Of a stretch of DNA of 64,000 nt, positions 1-9,112 are shown piece after piece. Position numbers and translations under genes: made by a program. A model generated the notes under the pieces. The model was not told where the DNA came from and made no database searches. It saw only the letters and a list, made by a program, of their open reading frames with translations. The stretch comes from an uncultured Bacteroidota bacterium (GTDB lineage Bacteria; Bacteroidota; Ignavibacteria; UBA10030; UBA6906). Position 1 is the first letter of the stretch. Each line of letters begins with the position of its first letter. The stretch spans positions 3,445,504 through 3,509,503 of the forward strand of contig CAVZWW010000003.1 in the NCBI GenBank assembly GCA_963779225.1. The letters run 5' to 3'.

Positions 1-902
1 CCTGGACGCAGAGGAGACCAGTGGAGGAAAAAACGGGTGTAGTAGTTCAGCCCGACGAAATCACATCCATGGTCACCGTTAGCGTCGATGCGCTCCCGGA
101 CGACTCCCGGAAAACCAAATCGAAACCTGCCATCGGCCAGATACTCCAGAATGGCGTCGTTGAGGTTGCGGTCGGCAATCCGTGCAATGGCAACATCTAA
201 GGGGTTCCAGGCTGAAGCGGGTTCGAAATCAAACATATTCGTCGCAATCCCTACGGCCGGGGTAGGATTGATCGTCTTGCATGCTGCGTAGACCGCCGAG
301 TGTGTACGGAGGAGGTTGCGGAGCACGGCAGCGGCACTTCGCGCGGAATGATGCGCCGGTGGGAATTCTCCCGTGAAATACCCATTCACGGCAAAGACTG
401 CGGGTTCGTTGATGGTGCACCAGAGAGGAACACGGTCTGAGAGCCGTTTATACACGACTCGTGCAAACCGGGCGAACACATCCGGAGAGTCTTCCGAGAG
501 AAATCCACCGCGATTTTCGAACCAGAGGGGATTGGTGAAGTGGTGGAGCGTGATCATCGGGGTAATCCCTGACGCCAGGAGAGCGTCCACCAGGCCCTCA
601 TAGTGCTTCAGAACTTCCCCGTCGAACACCCCCTCCTCTGGTTCGATCTTGCTCCACTCTACCGAAAAGCGGTACGCGTTCAGGCCGATATCCGTCATGA
701 GCCGGATATCCTCCCTGTAGCGTTCCCAGTGTTCGCAGGCTCGCCCCGAACGCTGGCCCCCTGTGATCCGGGGGCGTCCGCCTGCATCCTTCGCGTCCTC
801 GAAGGCAGTCCAGTTGTTCCGCGTGCTCCCGCCTTCCACCTGATGGGAGGACGTGGCAGTCCCCCAGAGAAAGCCTTCTGGATAGATCCGTTTTCTGTTC
901 AA
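1..902 (-). CDS. Glycoside hydrolase family 1 (beta-glucosidase), runs off the left edge of the window
   Basis: Absent from the ORF track (no stop in window). Manual minus-strand translation gives GFLWGTATSSHQVEG, YRFSVEWSKIEP, ITLHHFTNPLWF, WCTINEP (acid/base Glu) and FVGLNYY. An in-frame TGA lies just upstream, so TTG at 902 is the likely start. Confidence 0.9.
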   Translation of the reverse strand, partial: MNRKRIYPEGFLWGTATSSHQVEGGSTRNNWTAFEDAKDAGGRPRITGGQRSGRACEHWERYREDIRLMTDIGLNAYRFSVEWSKIEPEEGVFDGEVLKHYEGLVDALLASGITPMITLHHFTNPLWFENRGGFLSEDSPDVFARFARVVYKRLSDRVPLWCTINEPAVFAVNGYFTGEFPPAHHSARSAAAVLRNLLRTHSAVYAACKTINPTPAVGIATNMFDFEPASAWNPLDVAIARIADRNLNDAILEYLADGRFRFGFPGVVRERIDANGDHGCDFVGLNYYTRFFLHWSPLRP

Positions 903-1077
903 GGCAGCGAAGATTTCATTGCAGCGACGGTCAGACGAACATTCTTGCCAGGTTCAGGCCTACGCGTTTCTCCCCTCTGGAACCGATACCTCGCAAGCCA
1001 ATGCGCATGCATCTCTTGAACTCGTAGCCAATGCCCGTGTGTTGCAGTTTTGTCCCTGTTTTCGAAGGCACAGTGGG

Positions 1078-2379
1078 CTAGAGGTACTTCATCTCAACTG
1101 CTTTCTTTTCCAATTCTTCCCGGAACTCGGGCGCGGCGATATCGATGAGCGCTCTCGCGCGATCTCTAATCCGCTTTCCATAGAGCGAAGCAACTCCATA
1201 TTCAGTAACAATATAACGGACATGATTTCGCGTTGTTACGACACCCCCACCAAGCCGGATAGCTGAGACGATTTTGCTGATCTTCTGCCCCTTGACACTG
1301 GCCGTGGACGGAAGCGCGATGATTGGCACTCCCCCCTTGCTCCTGGAGGCGCCGTAGATAAAGTCCACCTGTCCGCCGACGCCGCTATAGAGTCTGGGTC
1401 CGATGGAATCGGAGCACACCTGCCCGGTCAGGTCGACTTCAATTGCAGAGTTAATGGCCACCATCCTGGCATTCTGGGCGATAATGAACGGATCGTTCAC
1501 GTACTCCGTAGGGTGCATTTCCACGATCGGATTGTCGTTGACAAACTCGTACAGCCGCTTTGTGCCGAGCATAAAACCGGCGATGATCTTCCCCGGATGG
1601 AGCGTCTTAGCTTCCCCATCCACCACTCCCCGTTCCACAAGATTGATGATCCCGTCCGAGAACATTTCCGTGTGGACGCCGAGATGCTTATGATTCGTGA
1701 GCTGATGGAGCACGGCATCCGGAATCCCTCCGATACCCATCTGGAGCGTGGCACCGTCCGGGATCAGTCCGGCGATATGTTTTGCGATCTCCCGGGCGGT
1801 TTCTGAGGGATCTCCCATGGGCGTTTCCGGCAGCACATAGTCCACGGGAACGATATGGCTGATTTTTGAGACGTGGATGAACGCGTCTCCGAGGGTCCTG
1901 GGCATATTAGGATTCACTTCAGCAATCACGAGCCTGGCGCTTTGTGCAGCTGTCTTTGTGACGCCCACCTCGACTCCAAAAGAGCAGAAACCATGCTCAT
2001 CCGGAGGGCTGACATGGATCAGCGCGACATCAAGGGGAAGGTTTCCAAACTTGAACAGGCCCGGGATCTCGCTCAGAAAGCACGGGGTGAAGTCGGCCCG
2101 GCCTTCGTTGACCGCCTGCCGGACATTATCGCTTATGAAGAGCGTATTGACGCGGATATGCCCCTCCATTTCCGGTGCAACGTAGTCGGCGCTCCCTATC
2201 GTGAGCACCTGGACCACCTCAACATCCTTCAGCTCGTTTGCCCGCTTCACAAATGCTCCCATGACCTTCTGTGGCACGGAGCAGTTTCCCGTAAGGAATA
2301 CTCTCTGTCCCGAATTGATTACCTGTACCGCCTGTTCGGGGGTGACGGTGCGTTCCCGGAAGATATCCATCCAGCTCAT
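1078..2379 (-). CDS. Acetyl-CoA hydrolase/transferase family (4-hydroxybutyrate CoA-transferase-like)
   Basis: ATLQMGIGGIPDAV, HLGVHTEMFSDG, EVDLTGQVCSDSIG, SGVGGQVDF and GGVVTTRNHVRYIVTEYGVA motifs. Confidence 0.92.
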   Translation of the reverse strand: MSWMDIFRERTVTPEQAVQVINSGQRVFLTGNCSVPQKVMGAFVKRANELKDVEVVQVLTIGSADYVAPEMEGHIRVNTLFISDNVRQAVNEGRADFTPCFLSEIPGLFKFGNLPLDVALIHVSPPDEHGFCSFGVEVGVTKTAAQSARLVIAEVNPNMPRTLGDAFIHVSKISHIVPVDYVLPETPMGDPSETAREIAKHIAGLIPDGATLQMGIGGIPDAVLHQLTNHKHLGVHTEMFSDGIINLVERGVVDGEAKTLHPGKIIAGFMLGTKRLYEFVNDNPIVEMHPTEYVNDPFIIAQNARMVAINSAIEVDLTGQVCSDSIGPRLYSGVGGQVDFIYGASRSKGGVPIIALPSTASVKGQKISKIVSAIRLGGGVVTTRNHVRYIVTEYGVASLYGKRIRDRARALIDIAAPEFREELEKKAVEMKYL

Positions 2380-3485
2380 GACGATCTCTCCTTTTCGCCA
2401 TGATGCGCGGCAAGCACCGGGTTCACAATCTTGCCCCCCAGGGTGGCAACACCACGCTTGAGGGTAGAGCTCTCTTTCAGGGCCACTTCCAGTCCGACCC
2501 GGGCGATCTCCTGGATAAACGGCCAGGCGGCATTATTGAAGGCATGTGTGGCTGTTCGCGCAACGACAGAGGTCATGTTGGGGACGCAGTAGTGGAGGAT
2601 ATTCTCCTCCACGAAGGTCGGATCGCGGTGCGTTGTGAGGCGGCTCGTCTCCACGCATCCGCCCTGGTCGATGGAGATATCCAGTATGATCGAACGGGGT
2701 TTCATCAACTTCACCATATCGCGGGTAATGATGATGGGCGACCGTGTACCGGGAACCAGCACCGCGCCGACGAGCACATCGGCGAATTTGATCACCTTCC
2801 GGATATTGAAGGGATGGGAAACCATGGTCACAAGGCGTCCGGCCATGCCGTGCATCTCATCCAGGTATTGCAGGCGTGCAAGATCGTGATCCAGCACATA
2901 CACGCTGGCGCCTTCACGGAGAAACGCGTGGGCGGCGGCGGTCCCGAACGTTCCCGCTCCGATAATCACCACTTCCGCCGGGGGAACACCGGGAACACCA
3001 CCCAGGAGGATTCCTTTCCCGCCGTGGTGATTCTGCAGCATGGTTGCTGCGATCTGTGGTGCCATGCGGCCTGCAGCCTGACTTAACGGGATCTGAACAG
3101 GAAGCAAGCCGTGATCGTCCTGCATCAACTCGTAGGCGATGGCGGTGATCTTCTTCTTGAGGAGCATCTGTACTCTTTCGCGCCGCGAGACCGCCAGGTG
3201 CAGAAACCCCATCAACGTACATCCGTCCCGGAGCAGGTCGACTTCTTCCGCGGTGGGTCGGCCCACTTTCAGCACAAGCTCTGAACGGCCGTACAGTTCT
3301 TGCGGAGAATAGACAATTCGTCCGCCCGCGCGTTCATAGTCGAGATCGGGAAATCCGGCTCCCAGTCCGGCGTCCTTTTCGACATAGCATGAGTGGCCGG
3401 AGTGGGTCAGCAGTTCAACGCCCGCGGGCGTCAGCCCCACCCGGAATTCGTCAGCGCGCTGTTCTTTTGGTACGCCGATATCCAT
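2376..3485 (-). CDS. ald: Alanine dehydrogenase-family protein (divergent active site)
   Basis: IGVPKE..EFRV start, GFLHLA, IIGAG Rossmann motif, DISIDQGGCVET and HYCVPNM. The canonical KVKEP motif reads KVGRP. Overlaps the downstream gene by 4 nt. Confidence 0.8.
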   Translation of the reverse strand: MDIGVPKEQRADEFRVGLTPAGVELLTHSGHSCYVEKDAGLGAGFPDLDYERAGGRIVYSPQELYGRSELVLKVGRPTAEEVDLLRDGCTLMGFLHLAVSRRERVQMLLKKKITAIAYELMQDDHGLLPVQIPLSQAAGRMAPQIAATMLQNHHGGKGILLGGVPGVPPAEVVIIGAGTFGTAAAHAFLREGASVYVLDHDLARLQYLDEMHGMAGRLVTMVSHPFNIRKVIKFADVLVGAVLVPGTRSPIIITRDMVKLMKPRSIILDISIDQGGCVETSRLTTHRDPTFVEENILHYCVPNMTSVVARTATHAFNNAAWPFIQEIARVGLEVALKESSTLKRGVATLGGKIVNPVLAAHHGEKERSS

Positions 3486-3540
3486 TGTTCCTCCATAGAC
3501 CGTATGTTAAGCGCGTAAGTTCCGTGCACAGAAAGTGATA

Positions 3541-4605
3541 TTAATACTTCCCTACTGTGCGGGCTGTCTCGTACAATGCAACGACATTCTCCGTGGGTGA
3601 GTTGTCCTGCAGCATATGGGTGGGAGAGAAAGCATACCCTCCCCCGGGCATCATTGTTTCCAGCGTCTCGCGTGCCATAGTCACGGTCTCCGCAACGCTC
3701 CCCCGTGCGACGACACCGGCAGTGGAGATGCATCCGTGAAAGGAAAGCCGTGTGCCGTACGTGCGTTTGAGATATGCGGGCGACATGTCTTTTGCTTCCG
3801 GCTGAAGCGTGTCCACGATCGAAATACCCATCTCCAGGAAATCCTCGTACGCCCAGCTGCTGGATCCGCAGGAGTGCATCATCACCGGGATGCCGAAGCT
3901 CCGGGCGAGGTCCACAAACGGCTGGTGGCGGGGACGGATGTGTTTGCGGAAGAGTGCAAGGCTGATCAGGGGTGCGCGTTGCGTGCCCAGATCCTCGCCC
4001 AGCCAGAGGATGTCGATCTCCCCCTTCGCAGCCTCGAGCGTCCGCTCCAGCATTTTCAGCTGGAGCTCGTTCTTCCGGTCCATGAAGCGGAGGCACGCTT
4101 CTTCGTCGGTCATCAGGTCGACCAGGACCTGCTCCATGCTGCGGATCATGCCTGCGGTATTGATCATGTCGCCGGCGCCCGGGTTGCCTATGAGGAGGCA
4201 GTAGTGGCGGTTGGCTTTGCACTGTGCAGGGATGGCGGCGTAATCATAGTCATCGGGCGAGGGCATCGGCCAGCGTTCCACGTCTTCGAGCGAAGCATCG
4301 CGGAGCGGGAAATCACAGAAGTCCCAGTACCCTCCACTTTCGTGTTCCACCCATTTGGTGCGGATGCCCCAGAGGTCCACCTTGCGGCCGGGTGGAGCTG
4401 TGTGGAGTGGTGGCCCGGTGTAGGCCGGAATGATTTCCACGAAGTCGACGCCCAGGGCCTGGCGGAGTCCCTCATCGTCGTCGGGTCCCAGATTGTAGTG
4501 GGCTTTCAGGCGGCGATCGATTCCCGGGTTGGCCAGGTAGTCGATGGGAACGCGGTCGGGAATCTGGTGGTGAAAAGCCTGTAGGACGCGATCTCGTGAA
4601 GTCAT
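3541..4605 (-). CDS. Uroporphyrinogen decarboxylase (URO-D)/MtaA-CmuA family protein
   Basis: MTSRDRV...PDRVP start, EDLGTQ, MHSCG and YAFSPTHML. Start placed at MTSR (4605), not the longer ORF-track start. Confidence 0.85.
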   Translation of the reverse strand: MTSRDRVLQAFHHQIPDRVPIDYLANPGIDRRLKAHYNLGPDDDEGLRQALGVDFVEIIPAYTGPPLHTAPPGRKVDLWGIRTKWVEHESGGYWDFCDFPLRDASLEDVERWPMPSPDDYDYAAIPAQCKANRHYCLLIGNPGAGDMINTAGMIRSMEQVLVDLMTDEEACLRFMDRKNELQLKMLERTLEAAKGEIDILWLGEDLGTQRAPLISLALFRKHIRPRHQPFVDLARSFGIPVMMHSCGSSSWAYEDFLEMGISIVDTLQPEAKDMSPAYLKRTYGTRLSFHGCISTAGVVARGSVAETVTMARETLETMMPGGGYAFSPTHMLQDNSPTENVVALYETARTVGKY

Positions 4606-4661
4606 GGTACCGGAGGTTTTTGGGGGAACAGGAGTGGTCGAGCTGCTTGCGCAGTGCGCGG

Positions 4662-4900
4662 TGAGACTCAGCCTGAGTCGCACCCTGAGTCGCAGGAGCT
4701 TCCGGGCCCCACTTGGGCCTCAGGCAGCCCAACTTGTGCCCCAGCCAGAGGCTCTGCTTGAGGCACATCGTGAGCCACAAGCTGAGGCACAGTGGCATAT
4801 GTGGCATTTCTTGAGCCTCTGGCGACATATGAGTCTCAGACTGAGCCTCATGAGCCCCGGTGCCACACGCGCCTGCACATGCCTGCGGCACGGCTGAAAT
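4662..4900. repeat. Mosaic intergenic repeat block A (TGAGnCWCA / GTGGCAC modules)
   Basis: Repeated TGAGGCACA, TGAGCCACA, TGAGCCTCA and TGAGTCTCA. CCCAGCCAGAGGCTCTGCTTGAGGCACA is shared with blocks at 6405-6490 and 9113-9315. Confidence 0.8.
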
Positions 4901-5099
4901 TTACTCAAACCCCCCGTGACAATCAAGAAATCGACTTCCCGGTTCTCTCAACAAAAACACATTTGCCGATGGGGATTCCCGAGCCGGCAACGGTGATACG
5001 AATATCATGAACAACCTGAATTAAATGGAGATTCTGGATCAGCAACATGATCAACGCATGCAAAACCTGAAGAAATGGAAGGACACGTTCCGATTTCCC

Positions 5100-5128
5100 T
5101 TGACATTTTCTCACAGCAGTACTACCTT
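5100..5128 (+). promoter_or_regulatory. Sigma70-type promoter
   Basis: TTGACA-N17-TACCTT. The same spacing is kept in copy 2 (TTGACG-N17-TAACTT). Confidence 0.7.
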
Positions 5129-5134
5129 TCCCCC

Positions 5135-5226
5135 ATGCTTACATAGGTCGAATGCGGGCGTGCCCGCGTCAGACCTGGAAGCGCACCTGCTCTTAGATTC
5201 CATCTGCACTCCCTCCTCTCCCGCGG
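5135..5226 (+). ncRNA. Candidate structured 5' leader RNA, copy 1
   Basis: Begins 7 nt after the -10 box. Hairpin AGGTC-GA-ATGCGGG-loop-CCCGCGT-CA-GACCT (5145-5176) has stems conserved and loop changed between copies, followed by a CU-rich tract. No known RNA family recognised. Confidence 0.4.
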
Positions 5227-5495
5227 ATGTCAGTCTCCGCATTCTCTTTTGAGATCCTCAAGAACGGACTCAGACGCAAAGGCTCGATGGGAGACTCGGT
5301 GAGCCGCTGATCATTATCGTCTTTCCCGACACCACCTGGTCCCGCCTCAAGCCAAAATCTCTGACACCATCCTTGCGTACGCGGTGCGCTCACATATCCC
5401 GCCCGCTTCGGCGAGCGTCGCTCGTGGAGAGTCTGACAGTCTGCACCACCTGATGTGAGTCCATGTGGCAAGGACAATTTCACCCGGGAGAAAGG

Positions 5496-6230
5496 ATGAC
5501 AGCTATGATCGGTAAACGAGTTCTTCAGCATGTTCGAAGGCTGGCACTTGTTGCGTTGGTGCTCGCCGGGTTCGCGAGTGTTCAAAGTCAGCCAAAGGCC
5601 GGCGATTGGAAGGCGACAGCAGGTTTTGGAGAGTTCACGCTTACGGTTTCCGAGGGAGGGGCAAGCATCACGAAAATCGCTTTCATGTTCATGGCATTCA
5701 ATTGTGGAGGTGTGGGCATTACGTTGTCCGGCGGAATAACCGTTATGAGCTCCTGGAGTATCACGAATAATCAGTTTACGATCACCAAGAATCTGAACAC
5801 AAGTTTCTCGGGGACGCCGTGGCCGCTCACCATAGCGGGCACGTTTAGCGCATCGGGAGATCAGGTATCAGGCACCTGGAATGCAAATGTGGCCGGATCA
5901 CCCTGTTCCGGAAGCTGGGGCCCGGTCGGCCAGGTAGTGTCTGTAGAAGAAATCCGTGACATTCCCGCGCGGTATGCGTTGGGGCAAAACTACCCCAACC
6001 CGTTCAATCCCTCGACGATGATCTGTTACGAGTTGCCACGGAAGTCGGCTGTCCAACTGACCGTCTTCAACAACCTCGGTCAGCAGGTGGCTCAGCTCGC
6101 CAATGGCGACATGGAGGCGGGGTATCATGAGGTGCTGTTTGACGGAAGCGATCTGTCAAGCGGCGTGTACTTCTACCGCCTGAGGGCCGGGGATTTTGTA
6201 GAGACGCGCCAGTTGGTGCTTATGCGATAG
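5496..6230 (+). CDS. Secreted protein with T9SS C-terminal sorting domain; uncharacterised beta-rich cargo domain
   Basis: Signal-peptide-like N-terminus (RRLALVALVLAGFASVQS) and [13 protein letters not shown]...SSGVYFYRL...QLVLMR C-terminus. Start at 5496 or 5505. Confidence 0.85.
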   Translation: MTAMIGKRVLQHVRRLALVALVLAGFASVQSQPKAGDWKATAGFGEFTLTVSEGGASITKIAFMFMAFNCGGVGITLSGGITVMSSWSITNNQFTITKNLNTSFSGTPWPLTIAGTFSASGDQVSGTWNANVAGSPCSGSWGPVGQVVSVEEIRDIPARYALGQNYPNPFNPSTMICYELPRKSAVQLTVFNNLGQQVAQLANGDMEAGYHEVLFDGSDLSSGVYFYRLRAGDFVETRQLVLMR

Positions 6231-6270
6231 GAACATTTCGCTCCCCCGCTGCCGTACACACGGTGAAGAA

Positions 6271-6310
6271 AAAGGGCTGTCCCAGAAGTCCAGGGACGCC
6301 CTTTCTTTTT
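6271..6310 (+). terminator. Rho-independent terminator-like hairpin, copy 1
   Basis: AAAGGGCTGTCCC-loop-GGGACGCCCTTT followed by CTTTTT, ~40 nt after the stop codon. Confidence 0.75.
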
Positions 6311-6313
6311 GAA

Positions 6314-6403
6314 ATCGTGTAGAAGAAGGCCGTGGAGAAGAAAAAGCACAAGGTCGGGGAGAAGGCGCAGGACTTATTCAGGCATGGTGAAGATGTAGAG
6401 AAG
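6314..6403 (+). pseudogene. Possible internal relic of an IS1182-family transposase
   Basis: Reads IV*KKAVEKKKHKVGEKAQDLFRHGEDVE. With TAG read as former TGG this resembles the FVWKKSVEK...EE..YG..D segment recalled for IS1182 transposases. No start codon and no catalytic DDE region. Confidence 0.35.
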
Positions 6404-6404
6404 T

Positions 6405-6490
6405 GTGCCCCAGCCAGAGGCTCTGCTTGAGGCACAAGTTGAGGCACATCGTGAGCCACAAGCTGAGGCACTGAGCCTCATGAGCTTTGT
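6405..6490. repeat. Mosaic intergenic repeat block B
   Basis: TGAGGCACA-agt-TGAGGCACA-tcg-TGAGCCACA-agc-TGAGGCAC-TGAGCCTCA-TGAGC, with 12-bp periodicity. Confidence 0.8.
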
Positions 6491-6643
6491 GAGTAAATCG
6501 AAATGAAAGTGACACCTTCAGGCAATTCGATTTTGGCACCATCAAGACATTGCATAACACTGGTCCGCCGGGGATTGGAAAACGCAATCTCAAGGTGCAT
6601 TTCTATCGCATTCAAACAGGAGAATTATCGAAAGGACAAAGCA

Positions 6644-7078
6644 ATGGACCCGCGACCGCTCATGCTGTATGTACTCATTGCGCTCCTCGCCACTCAATGC
6701 GATACGATGGTTGCTCAAATCCCTACCGAAAGATTGAAAGTGAAATTGACGGATCAATGGGTTGAGCTCGTCGGAGAAGACTCCATGGCCAGTTTCAAAC
6801 TGACGGATTCATCGATCGTCAACGAGGATGCATTTCCCATCGTTAAGGTTGCCGCAGTTCCTCCCGTGGGCCGGTCTGTCCGTCAGTTTACGCCGATTAT
6901 AGTCAATGCGGTCGTCACGAAGCGGGGAAATGTCAGGAGGGCATGGATCGTCTCGAGCGACAGTCCATATTTCAACAAGTCAGTGCTAAAGGCTGTCGTT
7001 CAATGGAAATACCAGCCACGGATCTTCAATGGTGTTCCCGTAGACACGCTCGTCACAATCGAAATTCCCGTGCGGTGA
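6644..7078 (+). CDS. Exported protein with a TonB C-terminal domain
   Basis: Hydrophobic N-terminus; VNAVVTKRGNVRRAWIV...SVLKAVVQWKYQP matches the TonB_C pattern. Confidence 0.75.
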   Translation: MDPRPLMLYVLIALLATQCDTMVAQIPTERLKVKLTDQWVELVGEDSMASFKLTDSSIVNEDAFPIVKVAAVPPVGRSVRQFTPIIVNAVVTKRGNVRRAWIVSSDSPYFNKSVLKAVVQWKYQPRIFNGVPVDTLVTIEIPVR

Positions 7079-7326
7079 AACGATGTCACTGTAATCTTCA
7101 AAGCCGTCGTGCTGATAAGTTGATAGCTTCAGAAGATCACCTCGACCCCCCGTGACAATCAAGAAATCGACTTCTCGACTCTCTTAGGAAGAACCCACTT
7201 CCCGATCGGGGTTCCCGCCCTGGGAACGGTGGTATGAGCATTCTGAAAAAGACGGAGATTCTGAATCAGCAACGCGATCGGTACATGCAGAACCTGAAGA
7301 AATGGAAGGACACTTTCCAATTTCCC

Positions 7327-7355
7327 TTGACGTTTTCGAACAGCAGTACTAACTT
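7327..7355 (+). promoter_or_regulatory. Sigma70-type promoter (paralogue of 5100-5128)
   Basis: TTGACG-N17-TAACTT. Confidence 0.65.
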
Positions 7356-7361
7356 TCCTTT

Positions 7362-7453
7362 ATGCTTACATAGGTCGAATGCGGGGCCTCCCGCGTCAGA
7401 CCTGGAAGCGCACCTGCTGTTTGTCTCCATCTGCACTCCCTCCTCTCCCGCGG
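7362..7453 (+). ncRNA. Candidate structured 5' leader RNA, copy 2
   Basis: ATGCTTACATAGGTCGAATGCGGG-gcct-CCCGCGTCAGACCTGGAAGCGCACCTGC; hairpin at 7372-7403. Confidence 0.4.
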
Positions 7454-7595
7454 GTTTCAACTTCCACATTCAAAAAATGTGATTCGGTGCAAGAGTCAGC
7501 GAGCCGCCCAGTGTTTCCGTCCTACGCCACGACCCACTGAGCTCCGTTCTCTGGCCAGTTATCTCCCATAGCATCTGACTTGGAAGGAAGACAAG

Positions 7596-8853
7596 ATGAG
7601 AACTCAAACCATCTGTCTCGCACTCGTCCTCGTTCTGGTTTGTCCCTATGCGTCCGGTCAATGGGTGAAAACCGCCGGACCTTATGACGGCTCTATAAGA
7701 TGCTTTGCCGTTTCGGGCACGAATCTCTTTGCCGGGACTTCTGGGGGCGTCATTCTTTCCACCAACAACGGCACAAGCTGGACAGCAGTGAACACCGGCT
7801 TGACGCGCGCTGATGTCCGTGCTCTTGCCGTCTCCGGCACGAATGTCTTTGCCGGGACCGGGAATCAGAGCTATGGCCCCGTCTCAGATGGTCACGGTGT
7901 CTTTCGTTCCACCGACAACGGCACAAGCTGGACGGCGGTCAATGAAGGGTTGCCGAAGGATACATATGACACTACACGATATCTTTCCATCCAATGCTTT
8001 GCATCGAGCGGCACGAGTCTCTTTGCCGGAACTTGGGACGGCGTCTTCCTTTCCACCGACAACGGCACAAGCTGGACAGCAGTCAACACCGGCTTGACGA
8101 ATACTCAAGTCTTTTCTCTTGCCGTTTCGGGCACGAAACTCTTTGCCGGGACTCAGGATGGCGTCTTTCTTTCCACCAACAACGGCACAAGCTGGATTCG
8201 TCTTTTCATCAGCGGCTTGCCGCACAGTTCCTTCTGGTCTCTTGCCATTTCGGGCACGAATCTCTTTGCCGGGACTGACGGCTCCGGCGTCTTTCTTTCC
8301 ACCGATAGCGGCACAAGCTGGACTCAAGTCTTCGTCAGCTTGGGAGTCCATGCTCTTGCCGTTTCGGGCACGAATCTCTTTGTCGGGGATAATTACCGCG
8401 GCGTCTTTCTTTACACCAACAACATCGCAAGGAAGACTCCAGTCAACACCGGCTTGACGAACATTCACGTCTCGTCTCTTGCCGTTTCAGGCACAAATCT
8501 CTTTGCGGGAACCGAGGGCGGTGGCGTCTGGAGTCGACCGTTATCGGAGATGATCACCTCAGTCGAACCCGTCACGAGCCAATTGCCGCACGAGTTCTCG
8601 CTTCGTCAGAACTACCCCAACCCCTTCAATCCCTCGACGACGATCTGTTACGAGTTACCAAGGAAGTCGGCTGTCCGGCTGACCGTCTTCAACAACCTCG
8701 GCCAGCAGGTGGCTCAGCTCGCCAATGGCGACATGGAGGCAGGATATCATGAGGTGCAGTTTGACGGAAGCGAGTCTGTCAAGCGGCGTGTACTTCTATC
8801 GGTTGAGGGCCGGTGATTTTGTGGAGACGCGCAAGTTGGTGCTTATCCGATAG
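7596..8853 (+). CDS. Secreted BNR/Asp-box repeat beta-propeller protein with T9SS sorting domain (+1 frameshift at ~8774)
   Basis: Signal peptide and about seven ~40-aa repeats ([25 protein letters not shown]), then [13 protein letters not shown]. Removing one base at ~8774 restores [29 protein letters not shown] ending at 8853, colinear with the paralogue. Confidence 0.85.
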
Positions 8854-8896
8854 GGCCGTTTGGCCGCCCCCCCACTGCTGTACACACGGCGAAGAG

Positions 8897-8937
8897 AAGG
8901 GGCTGTCCCAGAAGTCCGGGGACGGCCCTTTCTTTTT
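8897..8937 (+). terminator. Rho-independent terminator-like hairpin, copy 2
   Basis: GGGCTGTCCC/GGGACGGCCC stem followed by TTTCTTTTT. Confidence 0.75.
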
Positions 8938-8940
8938 GAA

Positions 8941-9111
8941 ATCGTGTAGAAGAAGGCCGTGGAGAAGAAAAAGCACAAGGTCGGGGAGAAGGCGCAGGAC
9001 TTATTGAGGCATCGTGAAGATGTAGAAAAGGAAGAGACCAACGCCTACGGAGAGAAGGACATGGGGGACGAGCGTGCGGTGAAGCCGGAGTTGATCCGCC
9101 GGAAGACTTAG
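8941..9111 (+). pseudogene. Possible internal relic of an IS1182-family transposase (longer copy)
   Basis: IV*KKAVEKKKHKVGEKAQDLLRHREDVEKEETNAYGEKDMGDE...; family assignment is from motif memory only. Confidence 0.4.
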
Positions 9112-9112
9112 A

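Larger units (their letters stand above)
4910..5226 (+). repeat. Duplicated upstream/leader region, copy 1 (paralogue at 7146-7453)
   Basis: Colinear identity from CCCCCCGTGACAATCAAGAAATCGACTT to CATCTGCACTCCCTCCTCTCCCGCGG in both copies. Confidence 0.9.
7146..7453 (+). repeat. Duplicated upstream/leader region, copy 2
   Basis: Colinear with 4910-5226. Confidence 0.9.

Noticed and set aside
903-1012. Frameshifted N-terminal extension of the GH1 gene
   Set aside because: The upstream ATG frame (MHAHW...MKSSLP*) shows no signal-peptide or GH1 character. A TTG start at 902 gives a typical N-terminus.
5135-5226. Assignment of the leader to c-di-GMP-II or another known riboswitch
   Set aside because: GCACCUGC is only superficially similar; the kink-turn and pseudoknot elements were not found.
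5025-7482. Paralogous small proteins (ORFs 5025-5252 and 7234-7482)
   Set aside because: Starts and ends differ, non-synonymous changes outnumber synonymous ones by my count, and the segment contains the -35/-10 boxes and hairpin, so non-coding function explains the conservation better. Ribo-seq would settle it.
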